From Candidatus Bathyarchaeia archaeon (GTDB lineage Archaea > Thermoproteota > Bathyarchaeia > Bathyarchaeales > DTEX01): a stretch of 64,000 bases of DNA. Location: the NCBI GenBank assembly GCA_038868075.1, contig JAWBXB010000001.1, positions 2,872 to 66,871 of the forward strand. Direction: 5' to 3'. A program made the translations under genes and the position numbers. Below, one piece after another: positions 58,753 through 64,000 of the stretch (position 1 is the stretch's first letter; each line of letters begins with the position of its first letter). The notes under the pieces were generated by a model. That model saw only the letters and a program-made list of their open reading frames with translations. It was not told the DNA's origin and ran no database searches.

Positions 58753-59790
58753 TTATTTATTATTAGAATAAAGTAGAGGATTGGTTACGTCGTCTCTTCG
58801 ATCAATATATCTAATGAGCACATGCTTTTCAGGTTTCACTATAGGTTTTGGTTTTCCTAAAACCTCAAATCTAAATAGTGAGGATTTATACCAGTAAATT
58901 CCCGGATTCTCGTTAACTGGAAAACTTAATTTTTTAGTGAACATTTCGTAGTTCACAGTTTCATAGAGGGTTTTATATTTTGAGAAATCTCTAATTATAT
59001 CAGTTATCACGCAATTCATTTGTAGAAGCATTTTCTCAACGCTCTTCCATTTTCTATATGATGCTTCAGCCGTCGATAGCCCGATATATCCAACACCATT
59101 CTCTTTTAAACATGCAATACCCCTAGAGAGAAACGCTTTAAGCCCGCTTAAGGTTTCGAGAGGCTCTGAAGAAAAAACATCGAATGCGCCTAACAAACCC
59201 TTTGGAAGGGGACTTGAAACATCGTATTGCTGGAATTCTATCTCTAATCCATGCTCTTTACATAATCCCCCAATGTATCTGCCGAGGCCCGCATCAATAT
59301 CTAAAACAAATATTCTTGAGGGCAAATTTGTTAAGGCTAAAGCTACGCTAAGCAAGTCGTCATCACCTATCAATATAAATGATTTGCCAGCTAAGTCATT
59401 ATAGTGATGCATTAACGCCATCCTAAATATAACGTCCTGTACACGCATATATCCTTGAAAGAAAGCAGCATTTGGTAAAGGTCTATCTTTAATAATCTCC
59501 GTAAACTTCTCCATAATCCCCTTAAACTTTCCATCAAAAATTATTCTTTTACCCTCACATTCACTACATATTTTACTCTTAAATTCTAAGTGAATTTTAT
59601 TGACATAACTTAGCCCTTTTTCTGTTAAATAGATTCTATCTCCTCTAACACTTATTAAACCATCTCTAAAAAGGTTATTTATTACAGCCACAAACTCTTT
59701 CACAGTGTATTGATTCTCATCAAGCAACTCCCAGAAGCTCTTTTCAGATTCCGTGAGGGAGCTGAGTATTTGTGTTTCGATTCTTTTCAT
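58753..59790 (-). CDS. bpsA: N4-bis(aminopropyl)spermidine synthase BpsA (branched-chain polyamine synthase)
   Basis: wHTH N-terminus, CSECEG, and ILIGDDDLLSVALAL...VLDID...FSSEP, typical of the DUF43/BpsA family. Confidence 0.8.
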   Translation of the reverse strand: MKRIETQILSSLTESEKSFWELLDENQYTVKEFVAVINNLFRDGLISVRGDRIYLTEKGLSYVNKIHLEFKSKICSECEGKRIIFDGKFKGIMEKFTEIIKDRPLPNAAFFQGYMRVQDVIFRMALMHHYNDLAGKSFILIGDDDLLSVALALTNLPSRIFVLDIDAGLGRYIGGLCKEHGLEIEFQQYDVSSPLPKGLLGAFDVFSSEPLETLSGLKAFLSRGIACLKENGVGYIGLSTAEASYRKWKSVEKMLLQMNCVITDIIRDFSKYKTLYETVNYEMFTKKLSFPVNENPGIYWYKSSLFRFEVLGKPKPIVKPEKHVLIRYIDRRDDVTNPLLYSNNK

Positions 59791-60124
59791 AAAACTCCCT
59801 TCTTAGCACCTTCTTCTCTACTGTCACAGGCTTTAATTCATCAATTAAGAGATCAAACGCTTTAAAAGCACATTCATCTGCGCCACAAGTAAATATGTCT
59901 AAAGCAACATAACCAAATTCAGGCCATGTATGAACGCTCAAATGAGACTCGCTCAAAATGTACGCGACAGAGACGCCATGAGGCTTAAATTGATGGAAAA
60001 TTGAAGAAACAACATGAAGCCCAGATTTAGAGACCACCCTATCCAAAATAATACGTAGATCTTCTACCCTTGCAATCTTCCCGGGGTCTACCCCCAGGAA
60101 GTCGGCAATTATATGGACGCCCAA
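59744..60124 (-). CDS. speH: S-adenosylmethionine decarboxylase proenzyme (SpeH type)
   Basis: GVHIIADF.G...LSESHLSVHTWPE.GY.ALDIFTCG (self-processing E-S site). 47-nt overlap with bpsA. Confidence 0.85.
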   Translation of the reverse strand: MGVHIIADFLGVDPGKIARVEDLRIILDRVVSKSGLHVVSSIFHQFKPHGVSVAYILSESHLSVHTWPEFGYVALDIFTCGADECAFKAFDLLIDELKPVTVEKKVLRREFYEKNRNTNTQLPHGI

Positions 60125-60210
60125 GGTGAATATCCACCGTTTCTTTCCAGCGTCTTACTAATGAGGTATTTGCTTGCCACCATTGCATACGAGACTAGTT
60201 CTCCTTATCT

Positions 60211-60412
60211 CCAAAAATTACTGATTAAAATTTTATAAATGTTTCGATTAAAAGAGGTTAAAATTAATTGGCAAAATATTTTTGTAAAAAACTAAAAAAA
60301 AGAATTTTTTACGGAAAATAAACAAAAATAATCCAAATAAAAAAGTTTTTTTAATTTCAAGAAAAAGAAAGTTGACTAAACTTCAAATTAATTTCATTTT
60401 AAAATTTTAATT
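60211..60412. other. Extremely AT-rich intergenic tract (A/T homopolymer runs)
   Basis: Read directly: ...aaaattaattggcaaaatatttttgtaaaaaactaaaaaaaagaattttttacggaaaataaacaaaaataatccaaataaaaaagtttttttaatttcaagaaaaagaaag... Lies between the speH start and the orc1/cdc6 fragment. Confidence 0.8.
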
Positions 60413-60429
60413 CCCACACATATGAACCT

Positions 60430-60600
60430 CTATAATTTCCTGTCGCCTCTCCGCTCAGCTATTTCACCAGCAACCCTCAAAAGATCAAGAACCCTCCTTG
60501 CATCACCATGCTTAGCAGCCATTAGAGTTGAAAGGTTATTTCTATTATTTCTGACATTGAGATAGCAATCAATGAAGAAAACCCTTTCGAGATGTACCAT
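60430..60600 (-). pseudogene. Orc1/Cdc6 gene fragment (lid-domain remnant, 56 codons)
   Basis: Own translation: [56 protein letters not shown]. The [22 protein letters not shown] segment is the hallmark Orc1/Cdc6 'GDAR.A..lLr.A...A' motif. A stop lies immediately upstream of the ATG. No Walker A/B part and no winged-helix part is present. Confidence 0.55.
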
Positions 60601-60763
60601 TTATTATCCAATTCTAAATAACCCTTATGCATCATTATGGTCAACTTAATCTGAGTAAAGAACCCAGTTATCTAAAAATTTAAAAAATAATTAAAACTAA
60701 TCATATATTTGCAACAGAAATTTTGTTTCAATTCCCATAACTTGAGGAAAGGGGATATATAAA

Positions 60764-62611
60764 ATGATGATGGGAATATGGAAGAGAATATTACGCGTGA
60801 ATTTAAGCGATAAAAGTGTAAAGGTAGAGGAAACTCCAGAAAACCTATATAAAATGTTTATTGGCGGCGACGGTCTTGCTGGAAAAATAATATACGATGA
60901 GGTTAACGCGAACATTAAACCATTTGATCCTGAAAATCGAGTTATCTTTGCCGTTGGACCATTCCAAGGAACTGGTATACCTGGAGAAGCAAAATTTTGT
61001 ATATCATCAAAGTCGCCTTTAACTAACACTTACGGAAACTCTATGGGTGGAGCAAATTTTGGGCCCAGCTTTAAGAAAACAGGCTTCGATGCCTTAATAA
61101 TTCAGGGGAGAGCTTCCTCTCCAGTTTACTTGTGGATACATGACGATTGGGTTGAAATATGTGATGCTTCCCATATATGGGGACTAGACACGTATGAAAC
61201 GGTTAATGCTATTAAAAAAGATCTAGGTGAAAGACGGGTCTCGGTTGCAGCTATAGGTCCAGCTGGCGAGAGACTTGTAGCGATGGCATGTATCGCTATA
61301 GATGGACATAGTTTTGCTGGTAGATGTGGTATGGGTGCAGTTATGGGATCAAAGAACCTTAAGGCTGTAGCTGCTTATGGAACAAAAACCCCGCCACTGG
61401 CCGATTCAGAAGAGGTTAGCAGACTCTCAAGAGATCTTATGAAGAAGCTCTCAGAGCTTGGAAGGGATTTACGAGAGAATGGAACCCCCAGTGGACTCCT
61501 AATATACCATAAGTATGGAGATATGCCAATTAAATACTGGCTGGGAGATGTATGGGAGGAGGGAGCTAGCAAGCTCGGTCAACCAGCGTATAATGAAGTA
61601 TTAAAGCCTAAGCCGCTTCCCTGCCTCCACTGCCCAGTCGGATGCCACCGCTATGTGAAAGTTGATGAGCCAGAGAAATACGCCTGCGAAGGGCCTGGAC
61701 CAGAATACGAGACGCTTGCGATGATAGGTGCTGTCAATCTTGTTGATGATGTAAAGGCTGTAGCTAAAGCTAACGATTATTGTAACAGGCTGGGAATAGA
61801 CACTATTTCAACTGGTGCAGCAATAGGCTTCTCTATAGAATGCTATGAGCGGGGCTTAATAACGAAGCAAGATACAGGCGGTTTAGAGCTTAAGTGGGGC
61901 GATGGAGACCTAGTAATAGAGCTAGTTAAGCAGATAGGTTTAAGGGAGGGCTTTGGAGCCCTATTAGCTGAGGGGACTCTTAAGGCAGCTAGAAAAATAG
62001 GGAAGGGAGCCGAAAGATTAGTTGTTCACGTCAGGGGCTTAGATTTTCCAGCTCACGATCCAAGGGCATGTTGGAGTCTAGTACCAAATTACGCAACGAG
62101 CACTCGTGGAGCATGTCATATGAAGGGTGTTCCAGAAGATATAGAATGTAATGTTTTCACCCTACCGGAGCTTGGGTATCCGAAACAGACAATATTCTTC
62201 GACCCCTCAGATAAGGCTGACTTAGCCATGAAACTCCAGGATTTCACAACGCTCGTAAACTCATTAGTAATATGCCTATTCATGCCCGATGGAGCTGGTA
62301 TGACGCTTACCGATATACTCAACTGTTTTAATGCGATAACTGGGCTACATTGGTCGATAGGGCAACTGATGCTAGTTGGTGAGCGCGGCTTTAACCTGCA
62401 GAGACTCATAAATATCAGGGATGGAAAGGGACCGGAACATGATAAAATGCCTGAACGCATGTTTGAACCAGCTAAGCAAGGTTTTAGAAAGGATAAAGTG
62501 CCGCCAGCAGATACCCTAATTAAAGACTATTATAAGCTTAGAGGTTGGGATGAGAGAGGCTATCCAACAAAGCGGAAGCTAACCAAGCTGGGACTAGAAG
62601 AACAAGCGTAA
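60764..62611 (+). CDS. aor: Aldehyde:ferredoxin oxidoreductase family (tungstopterin) enzyme
   Basis: N-terminal RILRVNLSDKSVKVEE...MFIGGDGLAGKIIYDEV, the Fe-S ligand region CLHCPVGC, about 615 aa. Confidence 0.93.
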   Translation: MMMGIWKRILRVNLSDKSVKVEETPENLYKMFIGGDGLAGKIIYDEVNANIKPFDPENRVIFAVGPFQGTGIPGEAKFCISSKSPLTNTYGNSMGGANFGPSFKKTGFDALIIQGRASSPVYLWIHDDWVEICDASHIWGLDTYETVNAIKKDLGERRVSVAAIGPAGERLVAMACIAIDGHSFAGRCGMGAVMGSKNLKAVAAYGTKTPPLADSEEVSRLSRDLMKKLSELGRDLRENGTPSGLLIYHKYGDMPIKYWLGDVWEEGASKLGQPAYNEVLKPKPLPCLHCPVGCHRYVKVDEPEKYACEGPGPEYETLAMIGAVNLVDDVKAVAKANDYCNRLGIDTISTGAAIGFSIECYERGLITKQDTGGLELKWGDGDLVIELVKQIGLREGFGALLAEGTLKAARKIGKGAERLVVHVRGLDFPAHDPRACWSLVPNYATSTRGACHMKGVPEDIECNVFTLPELGYPKQTIFFDPSDKADLAMKLQDFTTLVNSLVICLFMPDGAGMTLTDILNCFNAITGLHWSIGQLMLVGERGFNLQRLINIRDGKGPEHDKMPERMFEPAKQGFRKDKVPPADTLIKDYYKLRGWDERGYPTKRKLTKLGLEEQA

Positions 62612-62834
62612 AACAATTTTTAATTCCTTGCTTAGCTAAATTTCCATTTATGTGTTTTAAAGTCTCATCAATTCGTATGCTCTATTTTTACCAGTAACCA
62701 AATATTATACTTTCTTACGCAACCAATAGACTTCAAAAATGATGAATACATTTAAGGGTTGCTAAAAATGCTGAAAATGTATGTAGACTAGTTGAGGCTG
62801 GATTTTGAATATGTTTGTACAGAAGAGCGCGGAA

Positions 62835-62912
62835 TGGTGGACGGGGAGGGATTTGAACCCTCGACCTCGGCGATGCCAACGCCGCGATCATACCAGACTG
62901 ATCTACCCGCCC
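62835..62912 (-). tRNA. tRNA-Ala (anticodon GGC), 78 nt with genomically encoded CCA
   Basis: Folded by hand: GGGCGGG-TA-GATC-AGTCTGGTAT-GATC-G-CGGCG-TTGGCAT-CGCCG-AGGTC-GAGGG-TTCAAAT-CCCTC-CCCGTCC-A-CCA. Has the G3:U70 Ala identity pair and discriminator A. GC-rich relative to its surroundings. Confidence 0.9.
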
Positions 62913-62999
62913 ACTCTTTACACTCGATTTTATAGTGTTTTATAGAGATACTTTTAAGGATTTTGTTGCATCTAATATTTTTTGGAGTGTAGTATTACC

Positions 63000-63887
63000 T
63001 TGAAGAGAATCGGTTTTATTGGTTTAGGTGTTATGGGTAAGCCCATGGCCATTAATCTTCTAAAGGCTGGTTTTCCTCTAACTGTTTGGAATAGAACTAG
63101 GTCTAAGATGGATGAGTTAATCGCTATGGGAGCTCATGGTGCCAGCTCACCCAAAGAGGTTGCTGAGAAATCTGATGTTGTCATAACAATGGTTACCGAC
63201 TCGCCTGACGTTGAGGAGGTTATACTTGGACCGAACGGAGTTATTTATGGCGCCAGGCCAGGATTAATAGTTATAGACATGAGCACAATATCGCCGAAGG
63301 TGACACGTAGAATATCTGAGGAGCTTGCTAAGAGGGGTGTCAAAATGCTTGATGCCCCAGTAAGCGGTGGAGAGAGGGGCGCTAGAGAAGCTACACTCTC
63401 AATAATGGTCGGTGGTTCAAAAGAGGTTTTTGAGGAATGCCTACCGATATTTGAGGCGCTTGGCAAAAAGATTACTTATATGGGACCATGTGGTATGGGT
63501 CAAACCGCTAAGCTCTGCAACCAGGTTATATGCGCACTAAATATCCAAGCTGTCTGCGAGGGACTTATGCTCGCTGCAAGGGCTAGATTAGACTTAAGAA
63601 AATTCTTAGAGGCTGTTTCAGCTGGCGCAGCGAGCTCATGGATGCTTATTAATCTCGGACCTAAAATGATAGAGCGGGACTTTAAACCAGGATTCAGGAT
63701 AAAGCATCAGCAGAAAGATTTGCGCTTAGCATTAGAGTTGGCAGCCGAATTAAATCTTCCACTTCCAGGAACATCCTTAGTCCAGCAGCTCTTAAGAATA
63801 GTTGAAGCTGAGGGGCTAGGGGAGGAGGGGACCCAAGCAGCAATAATTGCCATGGAGAAAATGGCTGGAAGAAGACTAATCGAGTAA
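63000..63887 (+). CDS. NAD(P)-dependent 3-hydroxyisobutyrate / 2-hydroxy-3-oxopropionate (tartronate semialdehyde) reductase family
   Basis: RIGFIGLGVMGKPMAINL (Rossmann), DAPVSGG..GA, and the C-terminal 6PGDH-like helical domain. The TTG at 63000 is preferred over the TTG at 62982. Confidence 0.85.
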   Translation: MKRIGFIGLGVMGKPMAINLLKAGFPLTVWNRTRSKMDELIAMGAHGASSPKEVAEKSDVVITMVTDSPDVEEVILGPNGVIYGARPGLIVIDMSTISPKVTRRISEELAKRGVKMLDAPVSGGERGAREATLSIMVGGSKEVFEECLPIFEALGKKITYMGPCGMGQTAKLCNQVICALNIQAVCEGLMLAARARLDLRKFLEAVSAGAASSWMLINLGPKMIERDFKPGFRIKHQQKDLRLALELAAELNLPLPGTSLVQQLLRIVEAEGLGEEGTQAAIIAMEKMAGRRLIE

Positions 63888-64000
63888 TAGAAGTGAAAAA
63901 AGAACTATTAAGGGAGGAGGAAATGGTCGGATTAAATATTTAATTTAGTTAGAGGATGAAGCAAAATATGTTACGCTTCCATTATGTTTAGATTCTTAAA

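Noticed and set aside
59744-59790. 47-nt overlap between speH and bpsA, considered as a sign of a frameshift or fusion.
   Set aside because: Both reading frames give complete, family-typical termini (the SpeH C-terminal extension is unconserved). Overlap of co-functional genes is common in this compact genome.
60130-60150. tccaccgtttctttccag near the speH start, considered as an ORB/mini-ORB element flanking the AT-rich tract.
   Set aside because: It does not form the TTCCA-N-TGGAAA dyad, and no second copy was found on the other flank. The evidence is insufficient to call an origin element.
62749-62784. ATGATGA ... CTGA pair upstream of the tRNA-Ala, considered as a C/D-box sRNA.
   Set aside because: Only 25 nt lie between the boxes, and there are no internal D'/C' boxes or terminal pairing. 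This is not a credible C/D sRNA architecture.

Overview
Archaeal chromosomal window, AT-rich by eye (composition not computed). Gene content looks TACK/Thermoproteota-like. That includes an ESCRT-III homologue, archaeal RNA polymerase subunits D and N, Spt5/SecE, large ribosomal-protein clusters, aIF2 alpha/gamma, EF-1alpha, the archaeal mevalonate-pathway operon, and BpsA+SpeH for branched polyamines, which hints at a thermophile. All calls rest on reading the supplied translations and my own translation of selected stretches; no database search was possible, and start codons are approximate because many track ORFs begin at TTG/GTG.

Most of the window is tightly packed, conserved housekeeping DNA. 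The clearly non-core part is an island at about 9.8-15.8 kb that splits a [NiFe]-hydrogenase maturation cluster (hypF ... hypC hypD | island | hypE, hypA, Mrp-type hypB). The island has three parts:
- A divergent second archaeo-eukaryotic primase (AEP/PriS-like) gene plus a coupled or frameshifted downstream ORF.
- A large CRISPR array of 46 perfect 24-nt repeats plus a degenerate terminal repeat and 46 unique spacers. I infer minus-strand transcription. No cas gene is visible anywhere in the 64 kb.
- A Gp37/Gp68 (DUF5131)-like protein with an exact CX3CX2C motif, divergent from the CRISPR leader.

The leader carries duplicated GTGTTTCCA motifs and a TTTCCAC-N9-GTGGAAA inverted repeat.

Other points worth a second look:
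- An Orc1/Cdc6 gene fragment next to a roughly 200-bp extremely AT-rich tract.
- A 0.9-kb gene-poor gap with shattered reading frames inside a conserved cluster.
- Several frameshifted accessory genes, while no core gene reads as disrupted.
- A corrinoid protein + UroD-family methyltransferase pair.
- A cytidylate-kinase homologue whose P-loop lysine is replaced by Cys.
- Unannotated mini zinc-finger ORFs.
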